From the NCBI RefSeq assembly GCF_001194135.2, contig NC_068994.1, positions 58,019,651 to 58,083,650 on the forward strand: 64,000 bases of DNA, given 5' to 3'. The notes under the pieces are model-generated. The model was given only the letters and a program-made list of their open reading frames with translations, was not told the DNA's origin and made no database searches. Of this stretch, positions 51,564 to 63,040 are shown piece after piece. The position numbers and the translations under genes are program-made. Position 1 is the first letter of the stretch. Each line of letters opens with the position of its first letter. This DNA comes from Octopus bimaculoides. Lineage: Eukaryota.

Positions 51564-53198
51564 CTGTGACCAACAACAAAAAAACAAAAACAGTAGTAAA
51601 AAAACAACAAAAAACAAACAAAAGCAAAAAACATTAATAAAAAAACACAGGGGGGGGTGATATATATTTTCTTTTCTTCATCTTTTACTTGTTTCAGTCT
51701 GCAGACTGCGGCCATGCTGCCTTGAAGAGATTTTAGTCAAATAAATCAACCCCTGGCACTTTTGTTTTTTAAGCCTGGTACTTATTTGGTTTCTTTTGCT
51801 GAACTGCCAAGTTGTGGAGGACAAACAGGGACACACACACATATATCATCATCATCGTCGTTTAATGTCCGTTTTCCATACTGGCATGGGTTGGACGATT
51901 TGACTGAGGTCTGGAAAGCCAGCAGCTGTACCAGGCTCCATATACATAAGATGGGCTTCTTTCAGTTTCCATCTGCCAAATCCAATCACAAGGCTTTGGT
52001 CAGCCCAAGGCCATTGTAGAAGGCCATATATATCACTCACAGGGCTTCAGTTGGCCCGAGGCTATAATAGAAGACATTTGCTCAAGGTGTCACACAGTGG
52101 GACTGAACCCAAAACCATGTGGTTGGGAAGCAAGCTTCTTAGCACACAGCCACACTTTTCAATGATGCATTATTTTGTGTCATAGTGCATTGGTGTGCAG
52201 CGAAGGAGCAATATCATGCACAATAGTGCATCAGAGTGCAATTACTGATTGAAACAAAACAAAACAGAACTCACTTAGATGGGCTTTTTGAAAATAAGAT
52301 GCCACTTCTGAGGGTGGTCTTATGTGTTCTGCATTTGTTTCTGTTGTGTCACCACGGAACTGGAAATACAAACAAGAAGGCATTCAATCATGGAATCAGT
52401 AAATGGACAAACATGAATATTGAAATATCAAGGGAGAGGGTGATGTCGGGTTTGTGGTTGTTGGGTGAGAGGGGCACAACAGCTGGTCGACACCTATGTG
52501 ACGTTTTGGTGGTTGTTTGGGAAACTGTTGACTGTAAATGTGAAATAGTTGAGCAATTGTTAGGAGACTGTACTATGACAGTTGAAGGTTGAGTGACTGT
52601 CAAATGACAGATGTATAAAGGTTGGGTGACATGTAACATTTCGTNNNNNNNNNNTGACAGTTGACTGACCGTCATGTGACATTGGTTGACCATCGTATGA
52701 GAATGAGTACTTATTTGAAGTAACTGTTGGGCAAATGGTCTCTCATCTTGCCGAAGGCATCTCTGTCGACTGAAAGTTGTGTGAGATTAAAGTGAAATTA
52801 AGGCAAATCTTATCAGATTGTGAAGTGAGAATTAAGTGATTGTGATATGATTGTCGATTCACAGATGTGTTACACTTCAGCGATTGTTAGGTGATGGTGG
52901 TTATAGTAGTTGTCATGGTGACTGTGGTGTGGTGTAGTGGTTGGTGGTTGTGGTTTGGAAGTTGGTGTTTAAAACAGCCACTTCCATCAGCCCATTCTTT
53001 CAGAATCATAGTTTTAAATTACCTTTGTCTGAAAAGCTGAATGCAAAAATCTTTCTCCCCACTTTTAACAGATCTTTCTGCTGCCAATCCCGCCCCTCCC
53101 ATCCCCACCCCTGTACTTACTGTCCGGTCCACTAAGATGTAATCGAAAGATCGTTGTATATTTCATATCAGTTGTCTAAACACCTAAACTCAACTCAC

Positions 53199-53229
53199 AC
53201 AGTATTTGTTCGAGTATCATCTCGCAAGG
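53199..53229 (-). CDS. Candidate 31-nt microexon of the RIMBP-like gene
   Basis: ctacag|CCT...CTG T|gtgagt; PCEMILEQIL; supplies the phase 0->1 change needed between the 53299 and 51563 exons; preceded by a 69-nt intron. Confidence 0.45.
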
Positions 53230-53298
53230 CTGTAGACACGAGCAAGATGGACTTCAAAGAGATGGGGGTATTTGTGGTTTCATTTGAGTGAGGCTTAC

Positions 53299-53429
53299 CT
53301 GTAAATGTAGAGCTCTCTGTTCCTCTGCTGTCATTGTTTCAAGTTTGACTGGGTGTAGGTATTTATATGGTACCAAGCCAACTTTACCTTTCACTAAAGC
53401 TTCACAATAACCGTTAGCACCAACAGGTC
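53299..53429 (-). CDS. RIMS-binding-protein-like gene, C-half of SH3 domain 1
   Basis: tccag|GA CCT...CAG|gtaagc, 131 nt, phase 1->0; [44 protein letters not shown] (GLVP motif). Confidence 0.88.
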
Positions 53430-53445
53430 CTGGACAATAGAAAAT

Positions 53446-53490
<45 letters not shown>

Positions 53491-53681
53491 GTGCATATAT
53501 ATATGTGCATATATATATGTGCATATATATATGTGTGCATTTATATATGTGTGCATTTATATATGTATATATATATATATATATAAATGTATATATGGAA
53601 CTATTGAAAACAAACAAAATATCATTTAAACTGTGCCCTGCCTCCCAGTGAAAGACAAAAGTAAATTAATGAACAACTGAC

Positions 53682-54171
53682 CTTTTTTAATAATGACATC
53701 ACCTTCCTTGAGTGGGATCTCAAGGTGGAGGTGGCCACTAGCTGAAAACAACTCTGGACTGTAATCTGAAGCTGCCACAAATAGAGAATTTGAGGCCAGC
53801 ATCTGTGATTTTGGTTGCTGTTGTTGAAGATGATGTAGAGAAGTTTTATCAGGTGACCAACCAGGTAAGGTTGAAACAGGAATGTTACCATGGTTACTCT
53901 GCAGTAACAGCTGATGTTGTTTTTGTTGCTGCTGTTGTTGTCCTGCAGGAAGAAGTTTTGGATCGAATGTATCACTTCGCCTGCGGACGGTGCGTGAGAA
54001 CGTCTGCGGAGCGAGGTGGCTACAGCTTGGCCAGGCACGGACTGGGTGAGGCATTTTCAACAAGTTCTCCATGTCAGATGCTGAGAAGCTGATCCGGGAG
54101 AGATCTGTTGTACTGTAGGAGTGTGCCAGGGGTGTTGGCTTTTGTGGATGGCATTGCGGGAAACTCTGCCT
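53682..54171 (-). CDS. RIMS-binding-protein-like gene, low-complexity linker plus N-half of SH3 domain 1
   Basis: ttacag|AGG...AAA G|gtcagt, 490 nt, phase 0->1; Q-rich linker then LFVAASDYSPELFSASGHLHLEIPLKEGDVIIKK (SH3 ALYDY-like and LPLKEG motifs). Confidence 0.85.
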
Positions 54172-54417
54172 CTGTAAAAGACATAGCATTAATACTTCCA
54201 CTCACTGAGATAATTGTAAGTTATAATATGTGTATACAGGTGTATATATATATTATTTTTGTATGAGTATGGATCTATAAACAAATATCTATGTGTTTAT
54301 GTATATGTGGGTGTGTGGTGGTAGTGCACATAATTTTCAGTTTGTATTGCAGTGGATGTATGCATGTACATACATACATATATATATATAGAGAGAGACT
54401 GTCAGAATAATGTAGAC

Positions 54418-54460
54418 GCCTCTGATGAGAACCCAATAAGGTTCAAAAATTGATTAAGGT
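54418..54460 (+). ncRNA. Second hammerhead-like motif, G12->A, probably inactive
   Basis: GCCU-CUGAUGA-GAACC-caauaa-GGUUC-aAA-AAU-UG-AUU-A-AGGU: stems I, II and III can all be drawn. Confidence 0.45.
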
Positions 54461-54705
54461 TGTTCATTATATTTTCAGTCTGCGGAGAAATAGCTAAAAT
54501 TCTCTGTTTATAATTATACCATATGTTATATATATATATATATATATATGTATGGTCATTATATAATCATTTACTTCAGGTATGCGTATACAAAACTGTT
54601 AAAGATTAGTTGCCTGAGAAAAAGAAAACCATGGTTTCAGGAGGATATCCTGCATGGAGTTATGGGGAGAAAAGATTGGGATAAGTCAATGTTTCAATCC
54701 CTTAC

Positions 54706-54873
54706 CTTCTGTGAGTTTGTGATGTCTGTATTACTCTGAAGCTGTGTCCGCAAGCTGGTCAGACTTTGTTGACCTTCCACATGGTGTTGCCTCAATTCTT
54801 GCTGAAGACTCTTCAACTGACTCTCCAGCTTCTTAATGGCTTCCTCTCTTACACCAGCATCGGGGTTGGAACC
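54706..54873 (-). CDS. RIMS-binding-protein-like gene, coiled-coil exon
   Basis: long T tract accag|GGT...AAG|gtaagg, 168 nt, phase 0->0; GSNPDAGVREEAIKKLESQLKSLQQELRQHHVEGQQSLTSLRTQLQSNTDITNSQK. Confidence 0.85.
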
Positions 54874-55255
54874 CTGGTGCAGAAAAAAAAAAAAAACAGA
54901 AGTCAGATTTGATAGAAGAAGAAGAAAGACCTTAGAATTTATGGTAATCAAAGACAGTTTCTTTGCAAACAATTTGCAGATGCAAGTGCTACCAGTTGAA
55001 ACGCTCCAAACAGCAGACACAAGTAGGCTTAAGAACTCACCAGTAGAGATGGTGCATCGTTTCAGGGTCTTACCCTTGAGGGCTTTAATGCACTGCGACC
55101 CCTCCTTACTGATGTTAGAGCCCCACTTGTTAGAGCAGCATTGAGTCAAAGCTACAAATCTTGGCTCAATGTTCATCAAGCCACTTATCATTTCTTGTTA
55201 ACCAAAACCACTGACATGCCCATCCCTTGTGAAAGGAGCTGACTGAAGTACTTAC

Positions 55256-55354
55256 CTGTGGTTGGGCCAACATTTGGCCAAGTCTTTCAATAGAAGCTTC
55301 CAGCATTGTTATATATTTGTTCTTGTCATTCAGCGCCTTGGTCAATAGATTTAC
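55256..55354 (-). CDS. RIMS-binding-protein-like gene, coiled-coil exon (most 5' exon found)
   Basis: cccag|GTA...CAG|gtaagt, 99 nt, phase 0->0; VNLLTKALNDKNKYITMLEASIERLGQMLAQPQ with heptad pattern; in phase with the downstream SH3/FN3 exons. Confidence 0.75.
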
Positions 55355-56272
55355 CTGGGGAAATAGTAAAAAACAAAACAAATAATAATAATCCTTTTTA
55401 CTATAGGCACAAGGTCTGAAATTTGGGGGTGGGGCAGAGCAGTGACTAGTTGATTATATCAATCCCAGTGTTCAACTGGTATTTATTTCATCGACCCCCA
55501 AAACGATGAAAAGCAAAACTGACCTCAGCAGAATTGGAACTCAGATTGTAAAGACTGACAAAATGCTGTCCAGCGTGATCTAATGATTCCAACAGCTCAC
55601 TGCCTATAATAATAATAATAATAATAATAACAATAATGATTTCAGAATTAGGCACGAGGCTAGAAATTGTGGGAAAGGGGATAAGTCAATTACATTGACC
55701 CTAGTGTTCAACTGGTACTTATTCTATCAACCCCAAAAGGATGAAAGGCAAAGTCGACCTTGGCAGAATTTGAACTCAGAACGTAGCAACGGGTGAAATA
55801 CTTCTAAACATTTCTTCCAGCATGCTAACGATTCTACCAGCTCACTGTCTTAAATACTAACTTAATAATAATAATAATACTAATAGTGTCTTTCTAATTT
55901 TGGCATTAGATACAGATAGAAGAAAAAGGAAAATGAAAAGAAAAAGGGAAAAAGTCCAAGTCTTTAGGCTTACATTTTTGTGCCCTTTTAGGTTCCTCGT
56001 GGGTGTACGTTTCTTCAATTAGATGGATACATTTATCCCTTAGGCGGTTGCACATTCTCTAACTCATAATTTATATATAATCGATTTAATAACGAGTTTT
56101 GACTTATTTCAAGCATGTAGACATACTTAGCATTTAAAATAGCCGAGGGATTAAAATTAATCAAAGGACATACTATTTTTGGGCCTGTTGTCACCTGTAT
56201 CCTTGATTATGTTATTCTTAAATTAGTGACATTGGATAATAATAGAATTAATGCTACCTTTTGTAAATTGAT

Positions 56273-56303
<31 letters not shown>

Positions 56304-56464
56304 GCATACATACATACATGCACATAAACACAATTAGACTTGACATGTATATATAGATATATACAAATACACATAAGTATATATAGATACATATAACTAC
56401 ATATGCAGTGTTGACCTAATCCCGTACGAGTCCTACTAGCTTTCACCTCTTGTCTGCATACACA

Positions 56465-57120
56465 CAGATGTATGTATGTATGAAGGCATCTGCTGGTCTT
56501 GCAAAACCATTGATTTGGCCACGGAAAGTCTTGCTTCGGTCTTCTAAGCAAAGCAACATCTGCTGTGGTTGTAGAGACCAACATGTAGAGACCAACATGT
56601 AGAGACCAACATGTAGAGACCAACATGTGAATGACAGTCCCAGCTGCAGCAACTGCTTTGCTCCACTAGTTTTGTCCTGGTGGTGTTGTTTCTGTTGGTT
56701 TTGATTTTCTACATCAACAAACCTGTCTCTCTTCTCATGTTTTTTTAAACCTTCATCCGGTTCCAGTCTCCTCTGAGAGGAAGTAAGCATTAGCAATGTC
56801 TTTCCACATTTCTAAGTCTATTCAAAGAAACTTCATTTCTTTCTTTTAGATATCTTTGAAACAAAGATGAAATCATCCTCAAGTTCTCTGACCAGAGCCC
56901 TGTTCTCCATACAGCATTTGTTTGGGCACCCTCCCAACTGACATGTGTATATGGCCCAGCCAAGACCTCCTTATTGGTGGCACAGTCTATTTGATGTCTA
57001 AAATCTGTCTCAAACTTTATATAAGGAAAGCATTAAGACACCACTCTTGTCGATAATGAAATGTGAAGATGATGCCAGTTCCATAGATTGCATTGTAAGC
57101 TCACTAGTCTCCAAGACACT
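56465..57120 (-). mobile_element. Decayed RTE/RTE-X-like LINE 3' end with C-terminal zinc-knuckle and (ATAC)n tail
   Basis: Minus-strand WLGHIHMSVGRVPKQMLYGEQGSGQR...FKDI.KEEMK...IDLEMWKDIA, then CCSWDCHSHVGLY...NHSRC and a gatgccttcatacatac tail. Confidence 0.75.
56571..56628. repeat. Perfect 14-bp tandem repeat x4
   Basis: gtagagaccaacat four times plus gt. Confidence 0.95.
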
Positions 57121-57962
57121 CCTTGTCAGTTTGGCTTGTGTTGAAGCTGTTCATCCAACAAGTCTGTTCACCTCAGCCGCAAGAGAGGCTATTTGATGGC
57201 AGAGCCAAGGTATGGGCATTTGGGGATTATCTCCCCTTCCCAGTTGTTGATAATAAGAGAGGATTCAACATTTTGGTGCAGCACATTTCTATTCTTCAGA
57301 TTGATGGTCAAGCTGAAGTTCTAGCTGCACTAGGCCCCAGTCGTCTGTTGTGGCATGGTTTCTACAGCTTGATACCCTTCCTAATGCCAACCGCTTTACA
57401 GAGTGTGGATTGAGTGCAAACACACACATGAATGTGTATGTATTTTTGTCTGTGTTTATCTCCCAATCTTGTACTTGTTTGGTTATGTCCCTGTAACTTA
57501 TTGTTTACACGAGTACCAGGTTTTCAAAGACCTGCAGTTGATTTACTCAACCTGATACTTCAAGGTGGTGCCCCAGTTTGGCAGCTGTCCAATGTCTGAA
57601 ACAAGTAAAAGACTTTTTCTTCTTTTCTTTCTTTGAAATTACACAAAGTAATTAAATAAATGGATATAAATTACATGACAATTTAATTTAAAGAAAGCAC
57701 CCAGCTGCCTGAGTCAGAGCGGATATGCTCACAACCCTTCACACATCACCCAGCAACTGAAAGACTTGTCCTAAAAACTATTTACGAACATTTTGAGTGT
57801 CAGAGTGGACAAGAAAAGGACCAAATACTCATTGTAATTTATATACAGGTTTATATTGCTAGGAAAGGTATTTCTCTTGAACAATCTGGCTGTCAGATTC
57901 CACATAATCAAGCCTACCCAACCACAAGTCTACATTTGAGCTGTTTCTAACTGTTCATGTGA

Positions 57963-58176
57963 CTAACTCTTTAGCATCTAAACTGACCATAGACGGCCCA
58001 GAATATCCTACCTGTTTTATGTTCAAACTGTCAACATCCAGCCTCTTACACCTACCCTCCATTGTCATTATAAAAAATAGTTGCATCATCAAAATCTTGA
58101 AGCATGGTTAATCCAAAATAATGTGATCATTATAAGTCTTACATTTGACAGAGTAATTGAAATGCTAAAGAGTTAA
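57963..58176 (+). mobile_element. piggyBac-like MITE (related copies about 1083-1260, 29080-29300 and reversed 49678-49885)
   Basis: (c)taa-ctctttagcat ... atgctaaagag-ttaa terminal inverted repeats with TTAA-like flanks; shared internal sequence among copies. Confidence 0.7.
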
Positions 58177-58599
58177 ACGAACCCATCAGTACTTTGATAA
58201 CTTTATGAAAAAGCAGGAAAATGAAGATGCTGGGGATGGATTTCATTTTAGACATTCTGCTCCCTTCCCCTTTGTGCCAATTCTTTTCTTTTAAGGTTCT
58301 TTTCCATCTTTTTCTGTGGTGTTAAGATTGCCATTTCTCTTCCTTGCTTATTGTCTCCTCTTTGTCACCAAGACGATTGGATATAACTAGCTGGTGAAGG
58401 ATCCTTGATCCAATTTCAGGAGCAAGGATGAGGTAATTCTTCCAAATATTGCAGTGTTGCACATAACTCCCGCTTTTATTCTGAAGTTCATCCAACTGAA
58501 ACAATCCTTACTGATACATGTATAGCATCTTTGCCTTCTGATATGTACCACTAGTTTTATTGCAGTTCCTTTGTGATAGGAATCAGTTCCCCATATGAG

Positions 58600-58757
58600 G
58601 TCTTCTGGTGTCATTAAGACTCCTTTGTGCCAGTTACGAGGCCAAACATCCCTGAAAGTTTCCTCTGAATCCACCCAGCGGTTCTTGAGATATTTTGTCC
58701 ACAGACAAACAAACAAACACGACTGAAAAACAATACCTCTGCTTTTGCTAAGGCAGA

Positions 58758-58765
<8 letters not shown>
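58600..58765 (+). mobile_element. Helentron-associated (HINE/DINE-1-like) element 3' end
   Basis: Core ...gaatccacccagcggttcttgagatatt, (CAAA)n tract, terminal hairpin tacctctgc/gcagaggta (58734-58761), then (AAT)n. Confidence 0.55.
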
Positions 58766-58803
<38 letters not shown>

Positions 58804-61800
58804 ATACCACCTGTATATTTGGTTAATGACTTTATTTCAGAGGAAAAGAATGATTATTTTAGTTTGTTTCAAAGAGAGAGGGGAGGGGGAGAGAGAGAGA
58901 GAGAGAAATAATGGAATCAAATGTCTTGAGTGAAGAAAATCGTGTACAACTAAAACATGAGAAATTCCAGATATTTCTGTGAGTATATATGCATGTGTAT
59001 GTGCGTGTATGTGCACTCGCACTCACAACATTCATTCGTTCTTGTCATATGAGTAGACACAACAAAATATACAAATGCATGTATAAATATCTTAACATGC
59101 ATTTATATATGCACACCTCTACACATTTGTGTATATATGTATATACATAATTTGCTTTCATCATCATCATTTAGCGTCTTTTGTCCATGCTGGTATGGGT
59201 TGGACGGTTTGACCAGGGCTGGCATGCTGAGGAGCTGCACCAGACTCCAGTCTGATTTGGCATGATGGGTCTTCTCAAGCACAACAAAATACCAGTGGTC
59301 TCGGTCATTGCCTCCGTGAGGCCCAACACTCGAAAGGAGCTCAGCCACTTTGCCTCAGCAAGGCCCAACACTCGAAAGATACTTTTCACATGCCACTGGC
59401 ACAGGTACCAATTACGCGACACCAGCCTCAGCCACAAACTAGAATTTCATTTGGCTTGATGGATCTTGACGATATCGTCAAAGGCCTCGGTCACTGGTCA
59501 TTGCTTCTGTGAGGCCCAAAGTTCAAATAAAGATCATACTTCAAACTTTGGCTCTCACAGAGGATCACCACCTCTTTCTCTTTCCTCCAACACCCACTGG
59601 CCATTCTCCCTGTTGTTCTCGTCAGTCCAGCACATTGATCTCACTTCTGCATTATGTATCTTACATATATTTCCCATTTCTCACAGATTTACAAAATCAG
59701 CTGCACATACACTCAGACTCATATATAACCATATGTACAGTATAACTACACTCACATACACACACAATATATATATATATATATATATGAGAGAGAAGGG
59801 GCAGAGAGAGAGAAATAGCATGATGTAATGATTATATATATATGAATAATGATTATAAAATATATACATATGAATAACATGACTTATTGATCCTTACACA
59901 CACACACACACACATGTATAAACACACATACACACACACATATATATATATATAACAGGGGAAAAAAAGCAAACTATGAAAAGAATAAAAATCAATAACA
60001 AAAAAAAACAATGTTTACCAATAACTAGGAGACATAATTCAGTATGTCAAAATATATATACAAAAACAAAAATACATAATAATAATAACAACACAAAAAT
60101 CTGTGATGAGTTCACAACCACAACCCCTTAATGGGCTTGCAAAAATGCAGTAAAAAATAAATAAAATATCAATGGTCAACAAACCCCCCAAAAAAGCAAA
60201 AATAAAAAAAAACAAACAAAAAACAAAGATTCCACAGTGTGTGCTTTAAGCAGTAAGACAGAACGATTGTTAGTTGGTACTGGACAGAACGGTAGGCAAC
60301 AGATTATGTAAAGACATGACACAGCACAAGAACTAATAATCAATCAGATACGTGGAAATATATTGACACGTTGAAAGCATATATAAATGTTTAGAACAGC
60401 TTCTAAATACATGCAATAAGCAGCACAGTTTACAAAGACATGTCTATAACAGGTTCAGCCAGACTCAACAGGGTTTAAACAAAACAATCGGCTATTATTG
60501 AATGACACCAACAAGAACAGTAACAACAAACATGGAAGTAGTTTCAGGACATAAAGCAGAAGAGAGGAAAAGGCAGAGAGGTTAACATAAGAGATTGTAT
60601 AAGAGAATTGGAGTTTAGAAGTGTAAATTAGTATTCAGGGAGAGGTAATGGCACACAGGTGAAACCAGCACTAACCACACACACAGAGGTGGTTCTGTTC
60701 ACTGATGTAGCTAGTACAAAGCACAGGTGGTCCATTGCAGTAACTGAAGGAGGGGGGCATGAGAGACCACTCAGCAAATCAAAATAATTTAAAAGTTTTC
60801 ACATCAAACGCCCAGGTTTCATTGTCACGAAGCTACACAAATGGATGTTGATAGATAAACGGTTAACTAAAACAGGGAGTAGATGTAATACTGAGTGATA
60901 GATGAAATAAATGGTTAACTAGAAGAGAAATTAAAAGAAAATTGCCTCCAAAAACTATTGGAAACACTTGTAATACTACAAAGAGTGTTAGCAATTTAGC
61001 TGGAAGCATTGAATAAATAAAATATAAAACTTGATTTGAGAGTGACAATTACAAATTGTAATTCACTGATGAAGACAGGAAATTAGGGCATAGAATTGTG
61101 GAACTGGAAATTATGCTCAAACAAAGCAGTAGTTACCATAGGAGCAGGGTTGGCATTGGTGTATATGATACAAAAAAGTAAATAACAGCCAAACACCCAA
61201 CAAAACTAGAAGGAACAACATGGGACAAAATTAAATAACCATTCAATATGAATGACAGGACGTGTATGGTAAACCAGTTCCTTTCTCTAATAAACCAACA
61301 ATTTCTAAACAGGAAGAAACTATTTCAGTTCTTTAAATGAAAATGTCAAAGACAACTCTATCAGTCTCCAAACATTTCAAAACTATATGGAATTAGCTTT
61401 TTAATTTTTACTTGTTTCAGTCATTAAAGTGTGGTCATGCTGGAGCACTGCCTTGAGAAAAGTGGCCGGCAAGCTGCTACAAAGAATCAAACCCTGCACC
61501 TCTCAAATTATTGCTGAATGCTTTGTACCATTAAGATAAGCGACCCCAGACGTAATTATTTAAAAAAAAAATGGTCGCATATTTGAAGAGAAAGGAACTG
61601 TTGACTGAATCAACTCCAGTACTTGCCATTCTCTCTTAGACAAGTCCTGCTTGAAGCAAATGATTCTCATTGACTGCTCTAATGCCAGACACACAGACAG
61701 GAAACAAAAAAAAAAAAAGACGTAGATGAGCCAAATTAAGAATATCTTTAAAAACTTGTATGTACCAACACACTGGCTTCTTCAAACATTGCTCTTCAAG

Positions 61801-62636
61801 AAAATATGGTACAGAGACAAAATAGGGGACATTCTGACCTTCATGAAAATCATGTAGCAGCACCTTTCAGGAATACAGAATGATGCAATATTTATTTGGT
61901 GGAGAAATATACTGTACAGCTCAAGATCTAACTTAAACAGAAAATCAGAGCTAATATCCATCTGTCAGCATAAACAGGAAGGTCTGTTAACCCCTACATC
62001 TGGTTGATGCCACATATAGACTGACAGCAATCTGCAGTTTCTGTTAGTATACTCATAGCAATAGGTAAAGGCACAAAGGAACCAAAAATGAAATGTCAGT
62101 ATTGGAAATGACTAATACTAATACAAGAATTTTCCAGAAAGTTCTAGACGCTGCCTTTACCACTACCAATGTTTGATGGAATGAGAGTGCTTTTACTGTA
62201 CAATTGGTTGTTGTTGTTGTTTAGCAAAGGTAAGCTGGTAGAAATGAGGAGGAGGTGAAGTATTGAGAGCTGTACAAGAGGAAATATTTTTCAACAGACA
62301 AAAGATTGAAGAAATGCAACACAAAGGAAAAGCAATGGCAACAACAGCACAAACAAGCAGAAGCATAAAGAAAGAGAGAAGTTTATTTTGTAACTAAATC
62401 AGATGGAATCCATCAATGGGTGGCATTGGACAAAATACTGTATTCCATTGTGTGGCATTTGTTGGTTGAGAATTATATGTATGTGTGTGTATGCATGAGA
62501 GAGAGAAAACTGATTAGATATGCAAGATGTAAACAAAAGGGGAAAAAAAAAACCCAAACCAGCCCTCAACATATCACTGGTACTTGAAAATACCTCTACC
62601 CATGATGTAGTTCAAATCAAATTTTTTTTGTCTACT

Positions 62637-63040
62637 CTCATCATCATCATCGTTTAACGTCTGCTTTCCATGCTGGCATGGGTTGGACGATTTGACTGAG
62701 GACTGGCAAGCCAGAAGGCTGTACCAGGCTCCATTCTGATCTGGCAGAGTTTCTACAGCTGGATGCCCTTCCCAATGCCAACCACTCCGAGAGTGTAGAG
62801 GGTGCTTTTACATGCCACCGGCACGAGGGCCAGTCACACGGTACTGGCAACGGCCATGCTCAAAAAGGTGTTTTTTACGTGCCACCTGCACGGGAGCCAG
62901 TCCAGTGGCACTGGCAATGACCTCGCTCGAATGATTTTCTAACGTGCCACCAGCACAAGTGCTAGAAGGCAATGCAGGTAACGATTATGCTCAAATGGTG
63001 CTATTTATGGGCCACCAGCACGGAAGCCAGACAGCTGCTC
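62637..63040 (-). mobile_element. RTE-3'UTR-derived short repeat with (GAT)n tail (other copies about 1620-1850+, 7430-7640-, 10885-11080-, 14339-14500-, 14637-14875+, 15917-16235, 18640-18880+, 30420-30800-, 33750-33950-, 59155-59545-)
   Basis: Same sequence as the 3'UTR of the RTE LINE at 33000-33190 (ggttggcattaggaagggcatccagc...caacccatgccagcatggaaagc...gatgatgat). Confidence 0.85.

Noticed and set aside
54950-55190. Extra RIMBP-like exon within ORF 54694-55191
   Set aside because: Available acceptor/donor pairs give phases incompatible with the flanking phase-0 exons.
56443-56796. 117-aa ORF with an acceptor, initially taken as an upstream RIMBP-like exon
   Set aside because: It lies within the decayed RTE-like LINE 3' end (zinc-knuckle in another frame, LINE tail); no good donor.
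58322-58716. Minus-strand ORFs of 60 and 109 aa
   Set aside because: The 109-aa ORF overlaps the Helentron-like non-autonomous element and the 60-aa ORF lies just beside it; no domain signal in either.
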